This document shows positions 41,443 to 51,177 of a stretch of DNA of 64,000 nt, one piece after another (position 1 is the first letter of the stretch; the number at the start of each line of letters is the position of its first letter). Both the position numbers and the translations under genes were made by a program. The notes beneath the pieces are model-generated. The model was not told the DNA's origin. It made no database searches and saw nothing but the letters and a program-made list of their open reading frames with translations. Source of the stretch: Parcubacteria group bacterium M6-OD1-1 (GTDB lineage: Bacteria; Patescibacteriota; Minisyncoccia; GWC2-36-17; M10-OD1-4); contig LSNK01000003.1 in the NCBI GenBank assembly GCA_003056085.1, forward strand, positions 2,744 through 66,743, read 5' to 3'.

Positions 41443-41828
41443 GGATTATAAAATATTTTTGCTGTTCCTGTTGCTTGACCTGAAAAAAACAACAAGAATT
41501 CATTTATAATAATCCATGCTCCAAACACTATTAAAAGTCCTATTATTGCAGTTTTTATAGCTTTGTATCCCGCTTGTTTTTTTGCCGGCTCACCTCCGGC
41601 AATTAAAATATTAAAACCTCCCCATGCAATAATAAATACAGCAAGAGAAGGAGCCACTCCCCACATCAAAAAATTTACAATATTTTGCGTTAAATCATAA
41701 AGATCACATAAATTGCAGGGATTTCCAAGTTCACCACAAGGAACAATCGCAGCTGAAGCAGCTACGGGTAAAACTAAAACCGCTACTGAAAAAATAATTA
41801 TTAATTTATAGATTTGATTTTTAAACAT
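41415..41828 (-). CDS. Divergent TrbC/VirB2-like pilin-family protein (copy 4) with N-terminal CxxxxxxCxxC motif
   Basis: Signal peptide; CGELGNPCNLCDL; NFLMWGVAPSLAVFIIAWGGFNILIAGGEPAKKQAGYKAIKTAIIGLLIVFGAWII. Confidence 0.5.
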   Translation of the reverse strand: MFKNQIYKLIIIFSVAVLVLPVAASAAIVPCGELGNPCNLCDLYDLTQNIVNFLMWGVAPSLAVFIIAWGGFNILIAGGEPAKKQAGYKAIKTAIIGLLIVFGAWIIINEFLLFFSGQATGTAKIFYNPWTEVRCEQ

Positions 41829-41914
41829 ACTCTGTAAATTCTAAAATTTGATTTGATTTTTATTTATTCTTTAACAAAAAGATTATACTAAAATCTATAT
41901 TCTAAACTCAAGCC

Positions 41915-44900
41915 CTATATTCCCGCGACAGATCTTGCTATAGCTATTATACTAAACGATAATACAGCTACAACCACTCCAACCATTGTATAAATAATGT
42001 ATCTTTTTGCTAATTCAAGTTTTGCCGCATCTCCAGCTGATGTTATATAAGTATAACCTCCACGAAGACCATAGACAACAGCAAACACGGCAACAAGCCA
42101 AGCAAACCACTGCAAAATTGCAAGAAGCACAGCAACTATAGAACAATTTTGACTTGGACCTATGCCGGTTCCCGGAGCCGTGCCTTGAAACTCAATGCCC
42201 AAAACATTACAAACACTGCCCGAAGACCCTGTTAATTGGTTAGACCCTGTTTCACAAATACCCGTAATAATATTGAAAGACGTTCCTAACGGACAAGGAT
42301 CACCACCGCAAATTCCATCTTGCGGACAAACGCTGCTGTCCGGACATATTGTTCCCGGCGTACAAGATGTTACAAAATCACAAGAACCGGAATTTGAATT
42401 ATATACTGTTCCTGCAGGACAAGTTGGGCAGACTCCGTTTTCCGGACATATTGCTCCATTAGCACATATTGTCCCTGGGTCACAATTTCCTACAGTTGGA
42501 GTGTTGTTGTCTCCCCCAACTTCAAAAGTTATCTGACATTTATTGCTTAAATTCTGTTGTCCGGTATTAATATTTACAGCAAGATCCTGACATTGGACAT
42601 AATATGCATTATATCCTTCAACAAGACCTGAAACACTTTCTGAATGAGAAATATTATCAATGGTACTGAAAGTATTTTCCATTGTAAAAAAGTTTATAAA
42701 GCCTCCATTTTGGTCATAATAATTAGTATCAAACTTACAAACAGACGCCACGCCGGACGTCATTCCTATATTAGTATTTATCGTACCTGAAGGATATATT
42801 GTACCTGCGGGAGGATTAGATCCAGAACAAGCCGGCAAACCGCAATATCCAGAATCAAGACAAATACTGCCACCCGTACAATCAGCATCTACCGTACAAG
42901 CCTCCCCAACTCTAACCGGTATTTGACATGCTGAGGTTTCTTCTCCTGTTGTTGTATTTTCACACCTGATAAGATATCTATTTATGTCGGGTAATGGAAA
43001 TAATCCTGTTACTAAAGTTTCATGACTTAAAAGACCGGTTGCACCAAACAGTGTCATGGTCGGACTATTGAAAGTATCTTCCGGGTTTGTTGAATACTTG
43101 CAATTTACATTTTCATCTGTTGCAAGTCCTATATATGCTTGCGTTATACCAACCGGTAAATTTAAAAATACATTCATAGGATCGCTTGTTTGAGTTTCTT
43201 TAACATAAGCTCCGTCACATTGAGGAATAGTTAACCAGCTTGCAGGTTCACACTGCCCTGTTGTGGAATTCCAAATTTCTCCTTCACCGCACGGAGCAAC
43301 ACAAGAAGCACCTATATCACAAGCATCTGAAACATTTGGGTCACAAGTAGAAACACAAGTTCCGTTCAAGCAGACATCTCCTTGATTTGGACAACTTCCA
43401 TCAGATGAGCATGCGTCTTGAGGATTTATAACCGACCCAACAGAGACATCTGTCAAAACACAATCAACAAAATCAGGACCCAAAGCGGTATCATTTGAAA
43501 TGCCTTTGTAAGAAATACCGTATTCCGGATTTGGGTTATATACATAACCTGAATATGACCTTCCTTGTGAATTGGGATTGGTGCAGTCTATAGCTCCATT
43601 TGAACTGAATATACAACCCGCTCCAGAATTTGAGGTTACCGTATCTGCTGTACAATCAGCTATTGTTTCAAATCCTTGAGTTGAAATATTGCATCCGGCC
43701 GGAATTCCGGCTAAAGACCCTGAAGGCAAGCAATTTGTTAAACCATCTTCATAGTAAATACATCCTGTTGGATATTTTTCATCACAAACATTAACAATCT
43801 CTCCATTTTCTCCATAATAAATACATCCTGACAACTCAAGCGGGGCGTCTGTCGTACAATCTACAAAGCTGTTTCTGTCTACAGGATTTCCGTAAGAATC
43901 ATAATTATAATACAAACACCCATTTATACCTTCGCAATTATTTGGAGCGTTTTGCGTCGGCTGTGTACATGCCTCTCCTCCTGATTGAAGACCTATTGGC
44001 ATAAGAGGCTTCTCTGAAGGTACTATCAAAGTATCAATGATTGTTCCCCTACTCACCCCTGAATCATCAACACAATTATAAACCGCATCTTCCACCGCAG
44101 CCCTGCACTTCGCTTCTCCAGCGGTGCAAGTTGTTCCATCTAAAGGACAAATACCGCTTTCAGGACAAATTTCAAGCTCAGGTCCTATACAAAAATCTCC
44201 CAATACAGCATTCTTTCCGCAGGAAAATTCTGATAAAGAAAAATCTGTGCTAAATATATATTCTCCGGGAGAACATGCATTTCCATTGGAATAAAAACCA
44301 ATTTGAGGACATGCTTCTATAAAAGGACTGCACACGCTCAAAACATTTGGCTGCCTTAAGCTAAGAGCACAATCATAAGGTGATAAACTTTGTGAGTCTC
44401 CCGTTGGCAAAATAGTCTGGGGATTAGTTGATGCTTGAGGACTTGCAATACAAAATCCGCTTGTATTTCCATTTGGAATAAAACATGTATTATCTCCTGG
44501 ACATTGAGAATCGTTTGAGCATGTTATTAAACAAGCATTTAAATCCGGCGAAACAAAAGAAACAGACTGGGTTACTGTATCTATAGCTCCATTAATATCT
44601 GTTACTGTAAGTATTATCGTATAATTACCTTCTGCGTTGTATGTATGAGACACTACAGCCCCTGTTGATGTTGTACTATCTCCCCAATTCCAAAAATAAG
44701 ATAAAGTAGCTGTTTCTCCAAGGTCGGTATCGTAACTTGCTGAAGCATCAGCTTCAACAAAAAAATTAAAACTGTCGTTATTTGATTGGGTTATACTCGG
44801 AGAAACAACCATAGATGCTACAGGAGCAGTATTTTGAGATATTGTATTTAATGGATCGCCCGTATACACTACACTACTTGAGTCAAATTCAATCCAACCC

Positions 44901-45490
44901 AAAACACTATTTCCCCAAGCAAAACCGGACCATGTTCCATTTTGAAATACCGTCACTCCAAGATTAGTGTCCATAAATTGAATCCATCCATCCCAATTTG
45001 GGTCAACTAAAGATGAACATGAAATTGAGGTGCAAGCACTCAAAACCCTCGCCCATCCTATAATTCTATTTGTACTTGAATCTAATTTCGCAAGATAATT
45101 ACTGTTTGTAAATTGACTGTCAAAAGAAGCGTTTCCAGTCGTTGGAGGATCTCCTGTTTCTAATCTTTCAAAACTTATCCAGCCAACATTATCTGACCAA
45201 GCATGCCCTATTACGGTTCTTGCAGGAATGTTTAAAGCCCCTGACTCACTATCCATAACTATGTGAGTCCCCCAATTATTTGCGCAATCTGCAACTTGAT
45301 CACTCAAATTTTGTGATGCCGCCTCACTGCTATGACATGAAAAACTTATCCAACCAATATTATCTGACCAAGCCCAACCTCTTATATTATTATATTCCGT
45401 TCCATTTATATCTATAGCTTCAGAAAAACTCGGCATTAAAAAAAATGCAAAAAGAAAAATTAAAGTAAAAATTTTGAAAATACAACTCAT
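41915..45490 (-). CDS. 1191-aa secreted Cys-rich multi-domain protein. It has N-terminal G(W/H)AWSDN(I/V)GWISF repeats and a PKD domain. A long disulfide-rich body follows, ending in a TrbC/VirB2-like pilin hairpin (a putative pilus-displayed adhesin).
   Basis: Signal peptide; RGWAWSDNIGWISF / IGHAWSDNVGWISF / WDGWIQF / LGWIEF repeats; PKD-like SYFWNWGDSTTSTGAVVSHTYNAEGNYTIILTVTD; more than 90 Cys; C-terminus ILQWFAWLVAVFAVVYGLRGGYTYITSAGDAAKLELAKRYIIYTMVGVVVAVLSFSIIAIARSVAGI. Confidence 0.65.
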   Translation of the reverse strand: MSCIFKIFTLIFLFAFFLMPSFSEAIDINGTEYNNIRGWAWSDNIGWISFSCHSSEAASQNLSDQVADCANNWGTHIVMDSESGALNIPARTVIGHAWSDNVGWISFERLETGDPPTTGNASFDSQFTNSNYLAKLDSSTNRIIGWARVLSACTSISCSSLVDPNWDGWIQFMDTNLGVTVFQNGTWSGFAWGNSVLGWIEFDSSSVVYTGDPLNTISQNTAPVASMVVSPSITQSNNDSFNFFVEADASASYDTDLGETATLSYFWNWGDSTTSTGAVVSHTYNAEGNYTIILTVTDINGAIDTVTQSVSFVSPDLNACLITCSNDSQCPGDNTCFIPNGNTSGFCIASPQASTNPQTILPTGDSQSLSPYDCALSLRQPNVLSVCSPFIEACPQIGFYSNGNACSPGEYIFSTDFSLSEFSCGKNAVLGDFCIGPELEICPESGICPLDGTTCTAGEAKCRAAVEDAVYNCVDDSGVSRGTIIDTLIVPSEKPLMPIGLQSGGEACTQPTQNAPNNCEGINGCLYYNYDSYGNPVDRNSFVDCTTDAPLELSGCIYYGENGEIVNVCDEKYPTGCIYYEDGLTNCLPSGSLAGIPAGCNISTQGFETIADCTADTVTSNSGAGCIFSSNGAIDCTNPNSQGRSYSGYVYNPNPEYGISYKGISNDTALGPDFVDCVLTDVSVGSVINPQDACSSDGSCPNQGDVCLNGTCVSTCDPNVSDACDIGASCVAPCGEGEIWNSTTGQCEPASWLTIPQCDGAYVKETQTSDPMNVFLNLPVGITQAYIGLATDENVNCKYSTNPEDTFNSPTMTLFGATGLLSHETLVTGLFPLPDINRYLIRCENTTTGEETSACQIPVRVGEACTVDADCTGGSICLDSGYCGLPACSGSNPPAGTIYPSGTINTNIGMTSGVASVCKFDTNYYDQNGGFINFFTMENTFSTIDNISHSESVSGLVEGYNAYYVQCQDLAVNINTGQQNLSNKCQITFEVGGDNNTPTVGNCDPGTICANGAICPENGVCPTCPAGTVYNSNSGSCDFVTSCTPGTICPDSSVCPQDGICGGDPCPLGTSFNIITGICETGSNQLTGSSGSVCNVLGIEFQGTAPGTGIGPSQNCSIVAVLLAILQWFAWLVAVFAVVYGLRGGYTYITSAGDAAKLELAKRYIIYTMVGVVVAVLSFSIIAIARSVAGI

Positions 45491-46782
45491 TTAGATAAAA
45501 TTTTTGAATTAATTTCAGAAGCTGCCCTTCTTAAGGCTAAAGCTTCTGACTGCTCGCTTAAAACATGCTGGTCCATCATATTAATCAAAACCTTGTCTAC
45601 AAGAGTATTGTTAAGCTGAAACCAAGAGTCTGCGGTCAATGCTTGGTTTGCAAAAATAGCAAGATTAGGATCATCTTGTTGAATTGCAAGAACAGCTCTC
45701 TGGCTTGCCGGTTCTTCAATTTGAGAAAGGTAAAAAGCAGCATTTTTAGGTTCTGCTAAAAACTTTAAAAAATTCCAAGCAGCAATTTTATCGGGAGAAT
45801 TTGAATAAACACCATAACCCCAATAATTAGCATAATTTTTTTTGATTACACTGTCTTTTTTTTGAGGCATATAGGCTACATTAAATCTTAGCCTCGGGGC
45901 TTTTTGCAATATACTATTTTTTGTCCATGAGTAACCAAACATCATGGCTACTCTTCCTAAAGCAAACATATTTTGAGAATCATTTTTAAAATTTTGAGAC
46001 CAAGAATAATTTTCACTTTTTGGTCTTGCAAATTCAGAATAGAATTTTAGAGCATTTTCAGCTCCGGAATTTTTTTCCCTATCAAAAATAATTTCTCCGG
46101 ATAAAGGATCAGACATTTTAGATCCGTTTTGAATCATAAGCAGCGACAAAATATCGGGAGATCTTAAAATATTTTTCCCAGATCCCAAAGCAGCGCCGGA
46201 AACCAATATTTCTCCTGTTCCTGTTTTTTTCGTCAAAAGTTTTGCGTACTTTTCAAACTCTTCCCAATCTTTTGGCGGCTCTATAAGACCCGCGCTATTG
46301 AAAAGATCTATATTATAATAAAGCGCCAAAGTATCCACATATAAAGGAATCCCGTATATATTTTCTTCAAATGTAAAATCTTTTTGAACTACATCAACAA
46401 ATCTTTTTCTAAAATCATTTATAGAAAATATATCTGAAGTTACAGGAGCTAAAAGATCTCTAAACTTCGGAGTCCATGTGTTGTGTGTCATAAAAATATC
46501 CGGTCCTTTTCCTGCTGCAAAAGCACGAACCAACTCATCTTCATAATTTTGAACAGATTTTTTTCTATAAGTTATAGTTACATTAGGATTCTTTGATGTA
46601 AAAGCTTGAATAAGAGGAGTAATGGCATCTGAATCATCAAAAACCCCCCAAACCTCCAATTCAGAAGGTGGGATATTTTTAAATTTAAATTTAAGCCCAG
46701 GAACAACTCCCAGATAAATCAAAAATATAAAAAGAATAACTAGAACAACTGAACCTATTATAAGTATTTTGGTTAAATTCAT
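45487..46782 (-). CDS. ABC-transporter extracellular solute-binding protein (family 1, sugar-type), orphan
   Basis: N-terminal TM/signal anchor. DIFMTHNTWTPKF, GIPLYVDTLALYYNIDLFNSAGL and PPKDWEEFEKYAKLLTKK are typical of SBP_bac_1. No permease or ATPase is adjacent, and the stop overlaps the giant gene start (ATGA). Confidence 0.65.
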   Translation of the reverse strand: MNLTKILIIGSVVLVILFIFLIYLGVVPGLKFKFKNIPPSELEVWGVFDDSDAITPLIQAFTSKNPNVTITYRKKSVQNYEDELVRAFAAGKGPDIFMTHNTWTPKFRDLLAPVTSDIFSINDFRKRFVDVVQKDFTFEENIYGIPLYVDTLALYYNIDLFNSAGLIEPPKDWEEFEKYAKLLTKKTGTGEILVSGAALGSGKNILRSPDILSLLMIQNGSKMSDPLSGEIIFDREKNSGAENALKFYSEFARPKSENYSWSQNFKNDSQNMFALGRVAMMFGYSWTKNSILQKAPRLRFNVAYMPQKKDSVIKKNYANYWGYGVYSNSPDKIAAWNFLKFLAEPKNAAFYLSQIEEPASQRAVLAIQQDDPNLAIFANQALTADSWFQLNNTLVDKVLINMMDQHVLSEQSEALALRRAASEINSKILSK

Positions 46783-46884
46783 AGTTTGGCTTATTAGAAA
46801 TTAGTTTTATTTCAGCCGGAGACTAACCTACCTCTGACGAAAGCTCATTAGACACCTAAGAAGCTAAAAACTATCAAACTGTAT

Positions 46885-49356
46885 TTAAAGACATGTTACT
46901 GAAGAAACTTTATCTCCCTGAGACAACCTCATAAGTTTTACACCTTGGGTTGCTCTTGAAAGAGATGGAACAGATGCAATACTCATTCTTATAACCTGTC
47001 CTTTATCGGAAATGGTTATTAAATCTTTTTCTAAAGATTCAACGATAAGCGAGGAAACTAAAGTTCCTGTTTTTTCTGTTATTTTTGCCGTTTTGATACC
47101 CGATCCTCCTCTTTTTTGGGTCTTGTATTGTGAAAGTGAAGTTCTCTTGCCAAATCCATTTTTCATAATCACCAAAAGCTCAAGTTCATTGCTTTTGTTT
47201 CCTGAAATAACATCAGTTCCTACAACTCTATCACCCTTTTTCATTTTGATGGACGCAACTCCAGCAGCAGTCCTTCCCATTGACCTTACATCTTTTTCTG
47301 AAAATCTTATCGCTTGTCCATTCTCTGTTAAAATAATTATTTCATCATTTCCATAAGATATTCTGACCCACTTTAAAAGATCATCTCCTTTAAGAGAAAT
47401 GGCCTGCACACCGCTCTTTCTTACCGAATGAAATTCAGATGAAGCAACTTTTTTAATTATACCATTTTGAGTTGACATAACCAAGTAAAGCTTCTCTTGT
47501 GAATCCTTTTTTCCGAGTTTTTCTTTTACAGGCACAATAGCTGTTATTCTTTCTTTTTGACTGATATCTAAGATGTTTATTATCGCTTTTCCTCTTGTTG
47601 TTCTTGAGGACTCCGGAACTTCGTACGCCTTAGTCTGATAAACTTTTCCTCTGTCTGTAAAAAAGAGAAGGTTGTCATGCGTTGAACAAGACAGCAAATG
47701 CTCTATAATATCCTCTTCTTTTGTATCCATTCCGACAACTCCCTTCCCGCCTCTTTTTTGGGTTTTGTAAGTTTTTACATCCACCCTTTTAATATAACCT
47801 CCTCTTGTCATAGCAATAAAAGTATCTTCCTTTGGAATTAAATCTTCTTCTTTAAACTCAGAAATTGTACCTTTGACAACTTTGGTTTTCCTTTCGTCTC
47901 CATGCTTGTCTGCAACTTCTTTAAGTTCTTCTTTTATAATTCCTAAAATCCTCTTTTCATTTTTTAAAAGACTTTCCAAGTCTGCTATTATTTTCAATTT
48001 TTCTTTAAACTCATCTTCGATTTTCTTTCTTTCAAGTCCTGATAAAGTTTGAAGCTTCATTTCTAAAATAGCGGTCGTTTGAAGATCTGAAAGTTTAAAA
48101 TCTTTCATTAAAGTTTTATGCGCCTCTTCTTTATTTTTTGATTTTTTGATTGTTGTTATTATCTTATCAATATGATCAAGCGCTTTTTTAAGACCTTCTA
48201 AAATATGAGCTCTTTGCTTTGCTTTTTTAAGTTCATACTGAGCCCTTTTAGTAACAACATCTTTTCTGTGAGAAATAAAATATTCTAAAATGCTTTTAAG
48301 AGATAAAACCTGAGGCTGAACTCCATCAACAAGCGCCACCATATTTAAGTGAAATACTTTTTGAAGATCTGTAAATTTATAAAGTTTATTTAAAATTTTC
48401 TGCGGATAAGAGTCTGTTTTTAAATCTATTGCAATCCTCAAACCGTCTTTATCAGACTCATCCCGCACATCTCTTATTCCTTCAACTTTTTTATTTCTTA
48501 CAAGATCTGCTATTTTTTCTATCATCGTCGCTTTATTGACTTGATAAGGAATCTCAGAGATTATTATTTGATGCTTACCCGCTTTTTGCTCAACGATATC
48601 AACCTTACCTCTCACTGTTATAGGTCCGCTTCCAGTACTGTATGCTTTTGCAATATCTTTTTTGTTGTAAATAATACCCCCTGTTGGAAAGTCAGGACCT
48701 AAAACAAACTCCAAAAGATCATCTGCATCCGCTTTTTTGTTGTCTATTAGATAAATTACTGCGTCAATGAGTTCGTTTATATTGTGTGGAGGAATATTTG
48801 TCGCCATTCCAACAGCAATACCCATTTGACCGTTTAAAAGTAAATTTGGCAGTTTTGCAGGTAAAACCTTTGGCTCTTTTCTTGAACCGTCATAGTTGTC
48901 TTCAAAATTAACTGTTTCTTTCTCAATATCAAAAAGCATCTCTTCCGCTATTTTTGTAAGTTTTGCTTCCGTGTACCTCATGGCGGCAGGAGAATCACCA
49001 TCAATAGAACCAAAGTTTCCCTGACCGTTTATAAGCATGTATCTTAAAGAAAAATCCTGCGCCATACGAGCAAGCGCCCCATAAACCGAAGAATCTCCAT
49101 GAGGATGATACTTGCCAAGTACGTCTCCAACAACGCGAGCGGATTTTAAAAACTTTGCTGAATGTCTAAGACCCAACTCATGCATGGCATAAAGTATTCT
49201 TCTTTGAACAGGCTTTAGTCCGTCTCTTACATCCGGAAGCGCCCTTGAGACAATAACAGACATAGCATAATCAAGATATGATTCCTGCATTTCATCTGTT
49301 ATTTCTACTTGTGAAATATTTCCTATATCAAATTTTTCTTCTTCTTCTTTTGGCAT
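46885..49356 (-). CDS. gyrA: DNA gyrase subunit A
   Basis: [22 protein letters not shown] (active-site Tyr), [11 protein letters not shown]-terminal beta-pinwheel repeats; 823 aa. Confidence 0.93.
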   Translation of the reverse strand: MPKEEEEKFDIGNISQVEITDEMQESYLDYAMSVIVSRALPDVRDGLKPVQRRILYAMHELGLRHSAKFLKSARVVGDVLGKYHPHGDSSVYGALARMAQDFSLRYMLINGQGNFGSIDGDSPAAMRYTEAKLTKIAEEMLFDIEKETVNFEDNYDGSRKEPKVLPAKLPNLLLNGQMGIAVGMATNIPPHNINELIDAVIYLIDNKKADADDLLEFVLGPDFPTGGIIYNKKDIAKAYSTGSGPITVRGKVDIVEQKAGKHQIIISEIPYQVNKATMIEKIADLVRNKKVEGIRDVRDESDKDGLRIAIDLKTDSYPQKILNKLYKFTDLQKVFHLNMVALVDGVQPQVLSLKSILEYFISHRKDVVTKRAQYELKKAKQRAHILEGLKKALDHIDKIITTIKKSKNKEEAHKTLMKDFKLSDLQTTAILEMKLQTLSGLERKKIEDEFKEKLKIIADLESLLKNEKRILGIIKEELKEVADKHGDERKTKVVKGTISEFKEEDLIPKEDTFIAMTRGGYIKRVDVKTYKTQKRGGKGVVGMDTKEEDIIEHLLSCSTHDNLLFFTDRGKVYQTKAYEVPESSRTTRGKAIINILDISQKERITAIVPVKEKLGKKDSQEKLYLVMSTQNGIIKKVASSEFHSVRKSGVQAISLKGDDLLKWVRISYGNDEIIILTENGQAIRFSEKDVRSMGRTAAGVASIKMKKGDRVVGTDVISGNKSNELELLVIMKNGFGKRTSLSQYKTQKRGGSGIKTAKITEKTGTLVSSLIVESLEKDLITISDKGQVIRMSIASVPSLSRATQGVKLMRLSQGDKVSSVTCL

Positions 49357-49357
49357 T

Positions 49358-49615
49358 TTATTTTATTTTTATTTTCTGCGGTTCAAAAAAATCTTTGATT
49401 CCGGCTGATAAACTTTCGTAAATAGTTGGTAATTTGATTTTGTAGTTGTCTTCACTTGTTTTTACTTCTTTTTTTTCACCTGATTCATTAAAATTATTTT
49501 TTATAGAATTTAGCCAAACTATAAAAACTAAAAGAAAGGCTATCGTCATTAAAATTAAAAAAATCTTCACTCTGATATGTTTTGGTTTTTTTTGAATGCT
49601 TTCTACAAAATTCAT
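49358..49615 (-). CDS. Small membrane protein, hypothetical
   Basis: 85 aa, single TM ([20 protein letters not shown]); 1-bp gap to gyrA. Confidence 0.4.
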   Translation of the reverse strand: MNFVESIQKKPKHIRVKIFLILMTIAFLLVFIVWLNSIKNNFNESGEKKEVKTSEDNYKIKLPTIYESLSAGIKDFFEPQKIKIK

Positions 49616-49619
49616 TATA

Positions 49620-50279
49620 TTATGCTAATCTCATCAATATAATATCTCTTTCCTCATTGGGCAAATCTTTTTTCTTTAATACATACTTATCAATTGCTTT
49701 AATGTCAGATGCCCCGGATAATTTTAAAAATTTATCTACACTCTCAAGATCAACTTTAAGTTTGGGAATTTTAAAATTCATTGGAATAACAACTCTTGGA
49801 TCTATATTCCCTACAACTTCAACGGCTTTTTCCGCACCTAATGATTTTATTTCTATGTTGTCTATTTTATAATCTCCTCCAACAGGAATCATTAAAATAT
49901 CAACCTGTCCAATTTTATCCAAAACCTCTAATGTCTGCTCCTCTGAAAAATCAGATAAATGACAAATCCTCACACCCTCAATATCAATAATATACATCGT
50001 TGATGTTTTAACTATTTCATTTTTTTCATTAAGATTAAAAGCGGAAATCCCATTGATATGAATCCCGCCAAACTCATACTCTCCGGCTCCAAAAACAGCA
50101 AATTCAGAATCTATTTGAGAATAATCATCTTTGTTTAAAATACTGTCTGAAATAAGCAAAACATCAGCTTTTCCTCTTGGAGGTGTTAAGCCGACATTTT
50201 TACTAAATGGATCAACAACAATTGTAGATCCTCCATTTATTATTTTAAAACAAGATTGTCCGTACCAAATTATCTGCAT
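49620..50279 (-). CDS. Metallo-beta-lactamase-fold metal-dependent hydrolase (UPF0173-like)
   Basis: MQIIWYGQSCFKI...GKADVLLISDS, HLSDF, 219 aa. Confidence 0.6.
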   Translation of the reverse strand: MQIIWYGQSCFKIINGGSTIVVDPFSKNVGLTPPRGKADVLLISDSILNKDDYSQIDSEFAVFGAGEYEFGGIHINGISAFNLNEKNEIVKTSTMYIIDIEGVRICHLSDFSEEQTLEVLDKIGQVDILMIPVGGDYKIDNIEIKSLGAEKAVEVVGNIDPRVVIPMNFKIPKLKVDLESVDKFLKLSGASDIKAIDKYVLKKKDLPNEERDIILMRLA

Positions 50280-50370
50280 AATAAATAAAGCCTAAAAAAT
50301 AGACTTTTAAATTTAAATTAAAAAATAAACTACTTCCAATGATACCTTATTTTAGAAAAAAAATAAAGTT

Positions 50371-51126
50371 TTAGATCTTAAAAAGCTCTCTTGCGTTCTT
50401 TGTGGTTTGTGTCGCCACATCTTCAAATGTCATGCCTTTTATTTCCGCGAGTTTTTCCGCTGTAAATTTTACATACGACGGCTCATTTCTTTTGCCTCTG
50501 TTTGGTACAGGAGCAACAAAAGGAGCGTCTGTTTCAACAAGCACTCTATCTATGGGCACATATTTTACAACTTCATCGTAATCTCTTGTAAAAGTTATAA
50601 CTCCTGCAAAAGATATATGAAATCCCAAATCAATATATTTTTTTGCCTGTTCCTTACTCCCGCTAAAAAAATGAATTACTCCGGCAGTTCCTTCCGCATT
50701 TGCTTTTAATGTTTTTATAGCATCATCATGCGCATCTCTGCAATGCACCACTAAAACTTTATTGAGCTTTTTTGCAATTTTGATATGCTTCATAAAAAAA
50801 TCTATCTGTTTTACTTTTTTATCCTCATCTTTGGTTCTGAAATAATCAAGTCCTGTTTCTCCTATTCCAACAACTTTCTCATCTTGAGAAATTTTCTCCA
50901 AAAGCTTAAAATCAAAATCTAAAGAAACATCATTAGGATGCAAACCGCAAACAGCATAAACTCCTTCTGTGTATTTATGCGCAATTTCTACGGCTTTTTG
51001 TGATGTTGGCATATCAACCCCAACATTTATCATCCAAATATCTTTTAAAAAAGCGCGCTTTATAACCTCATCATAATCGTCTTTAAAATCATCTAAATTT
51101 GTATGAGTGTGAGTATCAATTAACAT
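50371..51126 (-). CDS. tatD: TatD-family metal-dependent DNase/hydrolase
   Basis: MLIDTHTHTN, GLHPND, GETGLDYF, VVHCRDA, ETDAPF; 251 aa. Confidence 0.85.
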   Translation of the reverse strand: MLIDTHTHTNLDDFKDDYDEVIKRAFLKDIWMINVGVDMPTSQKAVEIAHKYTEGVYAVCGLHPNDVSLDFDFKLLEKISQDEKVVGIGETGLDYFRTKDEDKKVKQIDFFMKHIKIAKKLNKVLVVHCRDAHDDAIKTLKANAEGTAGVIHFFSGSKEQAKKYIDLGFHISFAGVITFTRDYDEVVKYVPIDRVLVETDAPFVAPVPNRGKRNEPSYVKFTAEKLAEIKGMTFEDVATQTTKNARELFKI

Positions 51127-51177
51127 GAGAAAGAATTAAGAATAAATATTCAATTTAATTTTACAAACATTAAAAAA

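Noticed and set aside
42195-44253. Plus-strand ORFs 42195..42536 and 44041..44253
   Set aside because: They are antisense inside the 1191-aa Cys-rich gene.
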